A stretch of DNA of 64,000 nt from an uncultured cyanobacterium (GCA_963803805.1 CAWDOD010000004.1:1-64000), one strand, 5' to 3'. Shown: positions 21,742-33,000, counted from the stretch's first letter. Numbers and translations are program-made. Notes: generated by a model from the sequence alone, not told the origin.

Positions 21742-22623
21742 TCACTTCAACCAGATACGAGTACCGAAAGATTGACAAGCTTGGCTAGCAATTTTAGCAG
21801 AGGCGGCTAGGGAGTTGATGAAGCTATCATGTAGGATGTAATGGCTGAAAGCACCGTGGAAGATATCCCCTGCTCCTAAAGTATCCACCGGGGTTATATT
21901 CGGGACTTTAATAGTTCCTCTTTCACCCGCAACAAGATACTCAATCGGCTTTTCTCCCTGGGTAATGGCAATATTCTTAATACCCAACCCAAGTAAATAA
22001 TCTTCAATATCTTTTTGGTGATGGCAACCAGGAGGATAAAAGTTCCCAGAACAGATGGCATAATCGACAAAGGGTAAAACCTTCTCTAATCCAGGTTTCC
22101 AGCTACCACCATCCATAACCACAGGAATACCTTGATCTTTGGCTTCAGAGGCGATCGCCACACTCACAGCCATTTGATGCCCGTCAATAAGAATTATATC
22201 GATATCATCGAATATATGGGCAGGAATTTGTTGAGGGGAAGCCTGGGATTTTGCGGCGTTGAGGGAAATTACGGCCCTTTCTCCGGTTCCTTGGGTGGTG
22301 ATGGTAGAAGAGAGGGGAGGAGTAGTGGTTTTATCAGGTTGAAGATCCCAAAGATTAATGTTGTAGATTTCTAAATCTGTTTTAATTAAGTTCACTAAAG
22401 GATGCTGCCCCAATACAGCTAAGAGATGGGCTTCGTTACCCAAATAAGCAAAAGTTACAGCAGCATTAGTAGCAGGGCCCCCAGCAGCCATTGTGTAATC
22501 AGTAGCGACGACTTTTTGGTTAGGTTGAGGGAACTGAGAAGATAAATAAATTATGTCGAAGGTGGTTAAGCCAATGAATAAGCCCCTATTCAATTTTGGG
22601 GATCGCCTTTGGGGATGTAACAT
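21742..22623 (-). CDS. PfkB-family carbohydrate kinase
   Basis: AGGPATNAA and DTLGAGDIFHG motifs. Confidence 0.9.
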   Translation of the reverse strand: MLHPQRRSPKLNRGLFIGLTTFDIIYLSSQFPQPNQKVVATDYTMAAGGPATNAAVTFAYLGNEAHLLAVLGQHPLVNLIKTDLEIYNINLWDLQPDKTTTPPLSSTITTQGTGERAVISLNAAKSQASPQQIPAHIFDDIDIILIDGHQMAVSVAIASEAKDQGIPVVMDGGSWKPGLEKVLPFVDYAICSGNFYPPGCHHQKDIEDYLLGLGIKNIAITQGEKPIEYLVAGERGTIKVPNITPVDTLGAGDIFHGAFSHYILHDSFINSLAASAKIASQACQSFGTRIWLK

Positions 22624-22655
22624 TTTCTTTGCTAGAAAATAGTTCTATATTTACA

Positions 22656-23228
22656 ATGTCCAACAACTTAACAACTATAATTCTTATTGGCCCTATTAGC
22701 GCTGGAAAATCTACCATTGGGGAACTTTTAGCCGCAAAACTTGCCCTTCCTCGGTATTCAATGGATGAGAAACGTTGGGACTATTATCAAGAAATTGCTT
22801 ACGACGAAGAATTAGTTAAACAAAAGCGAGAATCTGAGGATTTTTGGGGAGTGCAACATTACTGGAAGCCTTTTGAAGCCTATGCTGTAGAAAGATTGTT
22901 ATCGGAATGTAACCAAGGAATTATTGATTTTGGGGCAGGGCATTCAGTATACGAAGATGAAGTACTGTTCCAAAAAGTGCGACAAGCTTTGAATCCTTAT
23001 AAAAATGTTGTTCTGTTGCTACCATCTCCTAACTTAAATGAATCTGTGCAAATCCTCAAGGAACGCAACGAAGGGATACACGATACCATACACGAGATTA
23101 ACGAACACTTTGTGAGACACCCTGCTAACTCTCAACTAGCTAAGTTCACTGTTTACACCCAAGGCAAAACACCAGAAGAAACCTGTGAAGAAATTATCAA
23201 TAAAACTTACCCTCAGCAAACATACTAA
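22656..23228 (+). CDS. Shikimate-kinase-like P-loop kinase (ATG 22656 preferred over 22596)
   Basis: IILIGPISAGKST Walker A; IDFGAG motif. Confidence 0.75.
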   Translation: MSNNLTTIILIGPISAGKSTIGELLAAKLALPRYSMDEKRWDYYQEIAYDEELVKQKRESEDFWGVQHYWKPFEAYAVERLLSECNQGIIDFGAGHSVYEDEVLFQKVRQALNPYKNVVLLLPSPNLNESVQILKERNEGIHDTIHEINEHFVRHPANSQLAKFTVYTQGKTPEETCEEIINKTYPQQTY

Positions 23229-23231
23229 ATA

Positions 23232-23290
23232 CCCCAATCTTGGGAGACTTTAAATTCTTTTCTCCCCGCAGATTTGGGGGCAGGGGGCGA
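23232..23290. repeat. G/C-tract hairpin-forming intergenic element
   Basis: CCCCAATCTTGGGAG...CTCCCCGCAGATTTGGGGGCAGGGGGCG, two small hairpins between converging genes. Resembles dispersed cyanobacterial repeats from recall; single copy here. Confidence 0.4.
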
Positions 23291-23305
23291 AATCAGATCC
23301 AGGAT

Positions 23306-24070
23306 TCAATTTTTGGCCGAATCATTAACTGCAAGTATTCTTTTCAAAAGTTCAGCCAAAGTTAATAGTTGATCTGGTTGATGCTTAACTAACCACTCAG
23401 TAAGTTCAACAGAATGTTTGGTTTTTGAGTAAGTAACTCGACTGTTTGACAATTCTGCAAAAAGACTACTAAGCAATTTCGCACCATCTACTTTTTCTAA
23501 CCAAATATTGTCTGTCAAAGTCTTATTATTAATATTTTTAGGTAAGTAAGAGCCTTCTTAAATACATATGAATGGATACTATTTATATTCTGAACAGGGA
23601 ACAGGTTCTGTCTCATAGAGATTAAAAGCAAAGCTATTTAAAAATTTGTTGTTTTTTAGATCGGACTTTAAATATTCAGGAATTGCAGGAGTATAAAATA
23701 GTTGAATCTCAGTTTTTTCGCTAAACAAAATATCTTCAATTCGGTGCAATACTTCTTGAGTAAAGTCATCAGAAGAAGCTGGAAGTCTTATTTCATCATG
23801 ATTTTCAGATATCAGTTTTTCAATCTCTTCTTGATTAATCAAAACTGATACTTCTATTTCTGATAATTCAGTTACTTCAGAAGAGGCAGTTGGTAATGTC
23901 TTTAAGCTACGGTGCTGCAAGTTCTGAAAATTTAGACTCAATGCTTCTAATAAAGCTGTTTTACCTGAGTTGTTTTGACCAGAGATAATGTTAATTCCCT
24001 GTTTAAACTTAATCCATCCAGAATCATCAAAAGCTTTATAATTATGAACTCTAATTTTTGAGATATACAT
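23306..24070 (-). pseudogene. Internally deleted AAA/ABC-type ATPase (OLD/AAA_15-like): N-terminal and probable C-terminal fragments
   Basis: MYISKIRVHNYKAF...ISGQNNSGKTALLEAL start, stopping after 163 aa with no Walker B. A 70-aa same-strand fragment follows. AT-rich. Confidence 0.65.
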
Positions 24071-24101
24071 TAAGTTTTTACAGTTAATGAAACACTTTCA
24101 G

Positions 24102-24830
24102 CTAATCACGAATAGATAAAATCTTAAGATATTCTTGCACCGTATCAAACAAACCCATCTCCAAAGCTTCTGCTGTTAAAGCATGACCAATAGAAACTTC
24201 TAAAATACCAGGAATGGTGCAAAACTTACTCAAATTTTGTAAATTCAAATCATGACCAGCATTTACTCCTAAACCCAAATCTTGAGCTTTATTTGCTGCT
24301 GTAGCAAACTGCTGAAAAACTGCTTCTAAGTTATCACCTTCCCGGAAAGCTGTAGCATAGGGTTCTGTGTAAAGTTCAATACGTTCTGCCCCTGTTTCCG
24401 GAACTAACTTAATTAAATCAATATCTGCATCCATAAACAAGCTCACCCGGATACCAAGTTGCTTTAAATCTTGAATGATCGGTATAAGCTTTTGAGAATC
24501 TTTAGTTAAATTCCAGCCACAATCTGAAGTAAAAGTATCTGGAGAATCTGGAACTAAAGTACATTGAGTTGGCTTAACTTCTCGTACAATATCCATGAAA
24601 GGAGGCTCAAAAGGATTACCTTCAATATTGAATTCTACCTCCACCATTGCTGCTAATTCATAAACATCCCTTACCCTAATATGCCTTTCATCTGGACGAG
24701 GATGAACCGTAATACCATTTGCACCAGCTTTAATGCAAATTGAAGCTGCTTTAGTAACACTAGGTATACCAATATGGCGAGAATTTCTTAGTAAAGCAAC
24801 TTTGTTGAGATTAACACTAAGATTAGTCAT
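24102..24830 (-). CDS. pdxJ: Pyridoxine 5'-phosphate synthase
   Basis: LSVNLNKVALLRN, ITVHPRPDERHI, NAGHDL, EVSIGHAL. Confidence 0.96.
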   Translation of the reverse strand: MTNLSVNLNKVALLRNSRHIGIPSVTKAASICIKAGANGITVHPRPDERHIRVRDVYELAAMVEVEFNIEGNPFEPPFMDIVREVKPTQCTLVPDSPDTFTSDCGWNLTKDSQKLIPIIQDLKQLGIRVSLFMDADIDLIKLVPETGAERIELYTEPYATAFREGDNLEAVFQQFATAANKAQDLGLGVNAGHDLNLQNLSKFCTIPGILEVSIGHALTAEALEMGLFDTVQEYLKILSIRD

Positions 24831-24998
24831 AAATTAATTTTGAGTAGAAAGATGCAATTTTAATCTGTCTTTGACAATGATAGTAAGAGTTTGATTGATT
24901 GAGGTGGACAATGAGGCTACTTGCCTATTGATCACTGTTCGGTTTACCGTTGTCCTTAGACATCATTGATAACTGAATAGCTAAACCTTGTAAGCTTT

Positions 24999-25550
24999 AT
25001 GCCAGATATCACCCCCATCTTTCCTCTGCCTACCATTTTGCTGCAAATTTTGCTGCTGCTAGTTACTATTGCTATTGAAGCAACATTGCTCCACAACAGA
25101 CTACTGATGAGTCGCAAAACGAGTGTGGAATATTCCATTTCTCTGAACTTGTTTTCCACAGCCTTTTGTTGGATGATTTTTCTTTATACCCAAGGAGCCT
25201 TATCACCTAGGACACAAATTAAGCTGATTAACTACATTTTTTTCAATCGCTCCCTCATTGAAGAAAGTGTTTATGAAGAGATCAATCAAATACTTCTCAT
25301 CATCGGCGTAGTTAGTTTTTTCCTCGTTTGTTTAATCGAATACAAGCTTGTTGATATACTACAAGCGATATTAGAGCCTGAGAGCTTACAAAGAGATAGC
25401 GGTGGAGATGCACCTCTTTCTTTGATGGAAGCAAATCGCAAAAATAGAGCTAAAAGACGGCTTGACAACCGTAAACTCAATACTGTCTTTGTTGCCAATG
25501 CTCTAAGTACCCTTGCAGGGGCAGTAATTATTTTGATTGTCACTTTGTAA
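24999..25550 (+). CDS. fraC: Filament integrity protein FraC
   Basis: PLPTILLQILLLLVTIAIEA...SVEYSISLNLFS pattern, ~180-aa membrane protein, first gene of a fraCDE-like triplet. Confidence 0.8.
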   Translation: MPDITPIFPLPTILLQILLLLVTIAIEATLLHNRLLMSRKTSVEYSISLNLFSTAFCWMIFLYTQGALSPRTQIKLINYIFFNRSLIEESVYEEINQILLIIGVVSFFLVCLIEYKLVDILQAILEPESLQRDSGGDAPLSLMEANRKNRAKRRLDNRKLNTVFVANALSTLAGAVIILIVTL

Positions 25551-25569
25551 AACTTTTTTTGAGGGAAGA

Positions 25570-26543
25570 GTGAAGAACATAGTAACTAACGCTGGTAAAA
25601 CCTTTGGCCAAACCTTTAACCAAGTGAGGACTCAACTAACTCCTCCCAATCCTTACTCTTGGCAAACCTTGATTTGGCTGAGTCTATTTTCTGTAGTCAT
25701 GGCTTGGATCGCCACAGATTGGGCGCGTAGTTTTATCTCTATTTTCGGTTGGCTATTTTTGATTTTCGGTTTTAGTTGGGCAGCTAAAGAAAACTCTATA
25801 CCATTATGGCCCTGGATTACAGGAGCATTGATTTGTTTTTGGATTTTCGGTAGTGCTAGTGTTGAAGGGCGGGAAAGTCTTCCTCGTTTAGCGATAGTTT
25901 GTTGGCCTTTAATCTCAGCTTTAGTAATTATCTTTGGTAAAAGTGTTGATACTGATCTTAAACCGAAAACCCCTTCTAAAGCAGAACGTCAAAATTTAAT
26001 TATCCTGGTGGGAACTCAACTTCTCTTAAGTTGTTGGCTGCAATTCTATTTCTTGACCCAAGAATGGGTAAATGACTATCCTAGTCTGGTCGCTGATGAT
26101 TTTACTAATAGCGACTTTGTGGTTAAGCTTGATGTCCCAGGCAGAAGTTATCCCCGCGCAGTAGAAATCCTGAACTTAATTGGTCAAAAAATAGAAACTC
26201 AATTAGATGGAACTCCCTGGCCCAAGTGGAGCAATGGTTACTAGAAGAAGGCAGACAAGAAAGGTTGCTTACCCTTAAAGATGAAATTTTTGCTGAAGAA
26301 GAAATAGCCCGAGTACCAGAAGATAGATTATGGCAGTTTAATTCTGTTGCTTCTTCTGAAGGAGCAGGATATGACTTAAAATTGGAAGCTGATTGGGAAG
26401 GACCAGGTTCTCAGCGAGAATTTTATAATAGCGAAAAAAATTGCCTAATTACACCGACTTTTTCCACCCAACGCGCCCTTACTGTCGGTAGAGTTGAATG
26501 TGACGAAGCTGTCACTGAAAAGGAGAAACAACCGGAAATATGA
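25570..26543 (+). CDS. fraD: Septal junction protein FraD, with a frameshift near 26221 (likely missing C)
   Basis: PPNPYSWQTLIWLSLFS, five TM segments, LLLSCWLQFYF, then a periplasmic domain with a Cys pair. ORFs 25537-26244 and 26226-26543 join by adding one base. GTG 25570 follows a GAGGG RBS. Confidence 0.8.
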
Positions 26544-27313
26544 ATGTGGTTAGGATTTGGACAATTGCAGCTAATGGCTTTCGGGAAGTAATTCGCGATC
26601 GCATTTTTTATATTATTGGCTTTTTTACCTTAGTTTTAATTATCGCTTTGCGTCTATTGCCGGAAGTCGCTTTAAGTGCGGATAAAAAAATATTTTTAGA
26701 TTTTGGTTTAGGGGCAATTGGTTTTCTGAGTGCTTTGGTAGCTATTTTTGTCGGCACAGGGTTAGTCAATAAAGAGATCGAGAAGCGTACTGTTTTAGTT
26801 TTAATACCTAAACCTTTGACTAGGGCAGAATTAATTGTTGGTAAACACTTGGGCTTAGTTGCAGTATTGGCTGTATTAGTTGGGGTGATGACAGCAATTT
26901 ATTTGAGCTTACTAGGTCTATCACAAATTTATTACCCCACAGGAACTATTTTAGTATCTTTGCTTTATTTGCTCATCGAATTGGGCTTACTAATAGCCGT
27001 GGCGCTGATGTTTGGTGTCCTAAGTAGTTCCCTACTAGGAACTCTCCTTACCTTTGGAGTTTATCTCATGGGACATTTTAGCCAAGACTTAGTTAAACTA
27101 AGTGAGCTTACGGAAAATCCAGGCATCAAATTTCTTACTCAAACTCTTTATTTAATAATTCCTGATCTATCAAGGTTAAACTTAAGGAATGAAGCAGTTT
27201 ACGGCTTACTTCCTGCTCCTGTTACCCTCTGGAGTAATGCTTTATATGGAATAGTATATACAGTATTATTACTGACAATCACGATCTTCATTTTCTCCCG
27301 TCGTGAGTTTTAA
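26540..27313 (+). CDS. fraE: ABC-transporter permease-like protein FraE
   Basis: IAANGFREVIRDR, NKEIEKRT, IFSRREF; overlaps the fraD stop. Confidence 0.8.
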   Translation: MNVVRIWTIAANGFREVIRDRIFYIIGFFTLVLIIALRLLPEVALSADKKIFLDFGLGAIGFLSALVAIFVGTGLVNKEIEKRTVLVLIPKPLTRAELIVGKHLGLVAVLAVLVGVMTAIYLSLLGLSQIYYPTGTILVSLLYLLIELGLLIAVALMFGVLSSSLLGTLLTFGVYLMGHFSQDLVKLSELTENPGIKFLTQTLYLIIPDLSRLNLRNEAVYGLLPAPVTLWSNALYGIVYTVLLLTITIFIFSRREF

Positions 27314-27395
27314 TCCGTAAAAAAGATGAAAATTCCTGGGTAGAGGAGATATCCTAGAACCTAAGAGCAAAAAAAATCCTGCCCCAGACATTCCT

Positions 27396-28682
27396 ATGGT
27401 GCTGCAAAATTCTTTGTTGAATTTCCCAGAAAAACAACAAAATAGTGATTTAATTCACCTTCAGCAACAACTGCAACAACAAGAAGTGGTTAACTTGTTG
27501 CTGCGTAAAATGAGTGAAACTTCTGTTGTTGAAGATATTTTGCAAACAGCAGTTAATCTTTTGCAAGAAGCTTTAGGAGTAAGTCGTTGTTTGATTTTTC
27601 GTCCCGAATCTCCAGAAAATTTCCCAGAAGTTCGTTATGTTTTTGAGGCTACAAAGCAAGAGGAAAGTTTAGTTGGTATTTCCAGTCCTTTCTACACCTA
27701 TTATCATGCTTCTCTCAACCAAGGCAAAGCTATTATCTTAAATAGAATTGAGCCACAACTAGCAGATATTGTACAAGAAGCAGCAAAACGATTTAACTTC
27801 TATTCAGCCTTAGCTATACCTATTATTTATCAACATCAATACTTAGGAGGAATAGCTTTTCACTACTGCCAAAAAGAGCATCTATGGACAGAAGCAGAAA
27901 TCAATTTAGGTACGATAGTAGCTAGCCAAATAGCCATAACCCTAAACCAGGCCCAACAACAAATTCGTCTCCAGGAATTAGAAACAGAAAATCAAACTAA
28001 AACAGCTTTTCTTGATCATACTAGCCACGAACTTCGTACTCCCTTAACAGGTATTTTAGGCTTTTCTAGAGTCTTAATAGACCAACTCTATGGTCCTTTA
28101 AATGATAAACAACTTCAGTATCTCCAAGGCATTTTTTCTTGTGGTGAACATCTACTTGCACTAATTAACGACTTACTAGATTTGTCTAAAATTGATGCAG
28201 ATAGAGAAGAACTTTATTGGGAAGATATACCAGTAGAAGAGTTATGTCTTGCAACACTTTCTTTAGTGCAGGAAAAAGCCAAAGAAGAAGGGCTAGAACT
28301 ATTATTAAAAATCGAGGCGGGGATTACCACCTGTAAAGCTGACAAGAGGAGATTAAAACAGATTTTGGTCAATTTACTATCCAATGCTGTTAAGTTCACC
28401 GAGTCTGGCTCTGTAACCCTGAAAGTGGAGAGAAATGACCAAGGGATAAACTTCTCGGTAATTGATACCGGTATTGGCATCAGCGAAACCAATCAAAACA
28501 AACTTTTCCAACCCTTTACCCAAATCGAAAGTCACCTCAACCGCAAACATAAAGGTACAGGTTTGGGTTTAGCTTTATCCAGAAAGTTAGCGAGACTCCA
28601 CGGCGGTGATATTACCCTTTCTTCTCAACCAGGGCAAGGCAGTTGCTTTACTGTCTGTTTGCCGTTACAACAAGAAAAGTAA
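27396..28682 (+). CDS. GAF-domain sensor histidine kinase
   Basis: GAF region; SHELRTPL H-box, NLLSNAVKFT, DTGIGI, GTGLGL. Confidence 0.92.
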   Translation: MVLQNSLLNFPEKQQNSDLIHLQQQLQQQEVVNLLLRKMSETSVVEDILQTAVNLLQEALGVSRCLIFRPESPENFPEVRYVFEATKQEESLVGISSPFYTYYHASLNQGKAIILNRIEPQLADIVQEAAKRFNFYSALAIPIIYQHQYLGGIAFHYCQKEHLWTEAEINLGTIVASQIAITLNQAQQQIRLQELETENQTKTAFLDHTSHELRTPLTGILGFSRVLIDQLYGPLNDKQLQYLQGIFSCGEHLLALINDLLDLSKIDADREELYWEDIPVEELCLATLSLVQEKAKEEGLELLLKIEAGITTCKADKRRLKQILVNLLSNAVKFTESGSVTLKVERNDQGINFSVIDTGIGISETNQNKLFQPFTQIESHLNRKHKGTGLGLALSRKLARLHGGDITLSSQPGQGSCFTVCLPLQQEK

Positions 28683-28768
28683 TAACTATAAGTATATAAG
28701 TAAGGAATATATTGTTGGCTATTGACTATTCCTGATTGTTCATTCACATCTCACTCTAAAATTATTAT

Positions 28769-29578
28769 ATGAATAAATTAGAACAATTAAGAAATATTTT
28801 TATCGAAATGGAAGGGGCATTAATTGCCTATTCTGGAGGTATTGATAGTACTTTAGTTGCTAAAGTTGCTAAGGATGTTTTAGGAAGTCGCGCTTTAGCG
28901 ATTACGGCGGTATCTCCTTCTTTGTTACCAGAAGAATTGGAAGATGCTAAATTCCAAGCAGCAGAAATTGGTATTCGCCACGAGTTGGTATCTACCAACG
29001 AAATGGCTAATCCCAATTACACCACTAATCCGGTTAATCGTTGTTATTTTTGCAAAAGTGAACTTCACGACACCCTTAAACCCATTGCTCTAAAAAGGGG
29101 TTATCCTTACGTTATTGATGGGGTTAATGGTGATGATCTCCAAGATTATCGCCCCGGCATTCAAGCTGCAAAAGAAAGAGGGGCGCGATCGCCTTTAGCA
29201 GAAGTTGGTATTACTAAAGCAGAAGTACGGCAGCTTTCCCAACAATTGGGTTTACCTTGGTGGAATAAACCCGCCCAACCTTGTTTAAGTTCCCGCTTTC
29301 CCTACGGAGAGGAGATTACCGTAGAGAAATTACAAAGGGTGGGTAGGGCTGAGGTTTACTTGCGGCGTAGAGGCTGGCAAAATTTGCGGGTACGATCAGA
29401 AGGAGATGTAGCGAGGATTGAATTACCCCCAGAACAAATTAAGGAGTTTGTATTAACCACAGATTTACCAACTTTAACTAAAGCTTTTCAAGGCTATGGG
29501 TTTGTCTACGTCACTTTAGATTTGGAAGGTTACAGCAGTGGTAAGTTAAATCGAGTTTTGGATAGTGCCAAGGTTTAA
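28769..29578 (+). CDS. larE: ATP-dependent sacrificial sulfur transferase LarE-like
   Basis: AYSGGIDS PP-loop, NRCYFCK, DYRPG, PCLSSRFPYG. Confidence 0.88.
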   Translation: MNKLEQLRNIFIEMEGALIAYSGGIDSTLVAKVAKDVLGSRALAITAVSPSLLPEELEDAKFQAAEIGIRHELVSTNEMANPNYTTNPVNRCYFCKSELHDTLKPIALKRGYPYVIDGVNGDDLQDYRPGIQAAKERGARSPLAEVGITKAEVRQLSQQLGLPWWNKPAQPCLSSRFPYGEEITVEKLQRVGRAEVYLRRRGWQNLRVRSEGDVARIELPPEQIKEFVLTTDLPTLTKAFQGYGFVYVTLDLEGYSSGKLNRVLDSAKV

Positions 29579-29761
29579 TTAATTGCTCATCAGGTCTTGT
29601 ATTTTTCTCCCTTGACGTGATATCCCTCTTATGTAACTTTCCAAAAACAAAAGTTAATTCTGAATTCCAGGGCTTTTGTATAGTATGCGATCGCTGGCTT
29701 TTTTCTTCCTATAAATTCTTGTGAGCAGCAAAATTGCCAAAAATCGATCATTGCACTCTAT

Positions 29762-29817
29762 GAAACAACAAAGGAAAGTCATGCCACTGCTGTGGCATGA
29801 CTTTCCTTTGTTGTTTC
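29762..29817. repeat. Perfect 26-bp inverted repeat with 4-nt spacer
   Basis: GAAACAACAAAGGAAAGTCATGCCAC-tgct-GTGGCATGACTTTCCTTTGTTGTTTC. Confidence 0.95.
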
Positions 29818-29849
29818 TACTAAAATATTTGCTACTAAAGTATAGATAA

Positions 29850-29891
29850 GTATAGATAGCTACTTCCCATGTGTATATAGCTCAATAAAAT
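29850..29891 (+). promoter_or_regulatory. Putative NtcA-activated promoter
   Basis: GTA-TAGATAGC-TAC, 22-nt spacer, TAAAAT; matches GTA-N8-TAC-N22-TAN3T. Confidence 0.5.
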
Positions 29892-30041
29892 CTGAAAAAT
29901 TCTGCTTTCTGACAAGTAAAAATACGTATTTCACCAGGAATAGGCGAATTTGTATATAATCGGTTTCTAAGAAGAGTTATTTAGTACTGCATCTACTTTA
30001 TGTCAAGGGATAGTTAAAATCATTAAAATTAATTAGACTCA

Positions 30042-33000
30042 ATGAAGAGCAACACTCGCCCTAGCCTAGAAATCCCTAGCTACGAAATTCTAGAGCAAGT
30101 TTATGAAAGTGCTAACTCCTTAGTTTATCGAGGTATTCGCAAGTCTGATAACCAAACAGTAATACTCAAAGTACTCAAGGAAGATTATCCTACTCCCTCA
30201 GAGCTTACCCGCTATAAGCAGGAATATCAAATCACCCGCAATCTGAATATTGAGGGAGTAGTTAAAGCTTATGGCCTAGAACCATTACAGAGAACTTTAG
30301 TCATTATCTTAGAAGATTTTGGTGCATCATCTTTAGAACAATTAATAAAGGATTCTAGATGGGCAGAGATTGCTGCGAACCTGCGGGAATTTCTCAAGAT
30401 TGCGATCGCAACGGCTGAAATTTTGGGAGAAATTCACAGCAGCAATGTGATCCACAAAGATATTAACCCTGCCAACATCGTCCTCAACCCAGAAACAGGA
30501 CAACTGAAAATCATTGATTTTGGCATCTCTACTCAACTAACCAGTGAAAATCCTACCCTCAAAAATCCCCAGGTTTTAGAAGGCACGTTAGCTTATATAT
30601 CCCCAGAACAAACGGGACGGATGAATCGGGCTTTGGATTATCGCACAGATTTTTACTCCCTCGGTGTCACTTTCTATAAATTGTTAACAGGAAAACTACC
30701 CTTTGAAACAATAGATCCACTAGAGCTAGTTCATTGTCATATTGCGAAAATTCCCCCTCTTGTGGAGATGGGGAGATGGGGAGATGGGGAGATGGGGGGA
30801 AAAGAAATTCCCCAGGTGATTGCAGATATTGTAATGAAACTGATGGCGAAGACGGCAGAGGAACGCTATCAAAGCGCTTGGGGGATTAAAGCAGATTTAG
30901 AAGAATGTTTCAAGCAGTTAGAGGAAAAGGGAACAATTGAGGAGTTTCCTTTGGGGACTCAAGATATTTCTGATAAGTTTCAAATCCCCCAAAAACTTTA
31001 CGGCAGAGAAAAAGAAGTTGCTACATTGTTAGCAGCATTCGAGACAGTAGCATCTCCCCATCTCCCTACTTCTTCAGAATTAATGCTTGTTGCTGGTTAT
31101 TCGGGTATCGGTAAATCAGCATTGGTGGCTGAAATTCATAAACCCATTACTAAAAAACGGGGTTATTTTATCTCTGGTAAATTTGACCAGTTTCAGCGCA
31201 GTATTCCTTACTCAGCTATTGTTAGTGCCTTTAAAGGATTGATAGGGCAACTGTTAACGGAAAGTGAGATGCAATTAAGCCAATGGCGAGAAAAACTGTT
31301 AACCGCAGTTGGCAGTAGTGGGCAGGTAATTATTGATATCATCCCGGAAGTAGAACTAATTATTGGCAAGCAGCCACCCGTACCTGAGTTAGGGCCAACC
31401 GAGTCCCAAAATCGCTTTAATCTGGTTTTCCAAAACTTCATCAGAGCATTTTGTACAAAAGAGCATCCTTTAGCTATCTTCCTAGACGATTTGCAGTGGG
31501 CAGATTCAGCTACACTCAAGTTAATTGAACTGATGATGACGGATGACGAAACACAATATTTGTTCCTAATTGGGGCGTATCGAGATAACGAAGTCAGTCC
31601 TACTCATCCTTTAATGATGACCCTTGAGGGATTGCAAAAGCAAGAGATTACCTTAGCACCATTAGAAGTAGAGCATATTAGCCAACTCGTTGCTGATACC
31701 TTACACAGTAACCCTAAAGAGGTAAAACCTTTAGCTGAATTAGTGAAGCAAAAAACAGGTGGTAATCCCTTCTTTGCTAATCAATTTCTCAAAACTCTAC
31801 ACGCTGAAAACTTGATAACATTCAGTCTTAAACATCACTGTTGGCAGTGGAATATCGAGCAAATTGAGGCACAAAATATTACAGACAACATAGTGGAATT
31901 GATGGTTGGTAATTTGAAGAAACTGCCAGATTTCACTCAGGAAATTTTACAATTAGCTGCTTGTATTGGTGCTGATTTTGATTTAAACACCCTCTCCATC
32001 ATCTGCGAAAAACCGGAAACAGTGATTTTCCCAGACTTATTGAAGGCAATTAAATCAGGATTAATCTTGCCTGTATCTGAGTTAAATCCGGAACTATTAA
32101 TCCAAAAGTTTAAATTCCTCCATGACCGAGTTCAGCAAGCTGCTTATGCCTTAATTGATCAAGTGCAAAAACAAGAGTTTCACTTACAAATTGGTCGCCT
32201 GCTGCTGCAAAACACTGCACCAGAGGTGTTATCAGAAAATATATTTGAAATCGTCAATCATCTCAATCTTGGTGTTGACCTTGTAACTTCTCTACAAGAA
32301 CAAGAGGAGATTGCTAAACTAAATTTGAAAGCAGGGAAAAAAGCCAAAGCAGCAACGGCCTATAGAGCAGCAACTGACTATTTGAAGGGAGGACTACAAC
32401 TGCTGAGTACCGATAGTTGGCAGAGTCAGTATGACCTCACTTTAAGTCTCTACTCAGAAGCCGTAGAAGCCAGCTATCTCAACGGTAACTTTAACGAAAT
32501 GGAACAGTTGGCTATTCCAGTAGAAAACAATGCCAAAACTGTACTTGATAAGGTAAAAGTCTACGATAGTAAAATTCAAGCTGCTGTGTCACAGGGAAAT
32601 CTCAAAGAAGCAATTGAAATTGGATTACAAGTATTGGAGCAGTTGGGAATAAGTTTTCCAGAAAATCCCAGCCAGTTGGATATTCAAAGAGGATTGGAGG
32701 AAACAGCTTCTCTCTATGCTGAAAGAAACATCTCAGAATTGATTCACTTGCCTGCTATGACTGATCCGCAAGTGCAGGCATCTCTTTGCATCTTATCTAG
32801 CATAGCTGCTGCAACATATATGACAAATCCAAACCTTTTGGCAATAGTACTTTGCATAATGGCTAAATTATCAATGCAGTATGGTCATGCTGTTTGGTCG
32901 TCCTTTAGCTATGCAGCCTATGGAGCGCTTTTAGTGGGAATTTGTCACGAAATTGAAACAGCCTACCAGTTTGGTCAATTAAGCTTGTCCTTAACTCATA

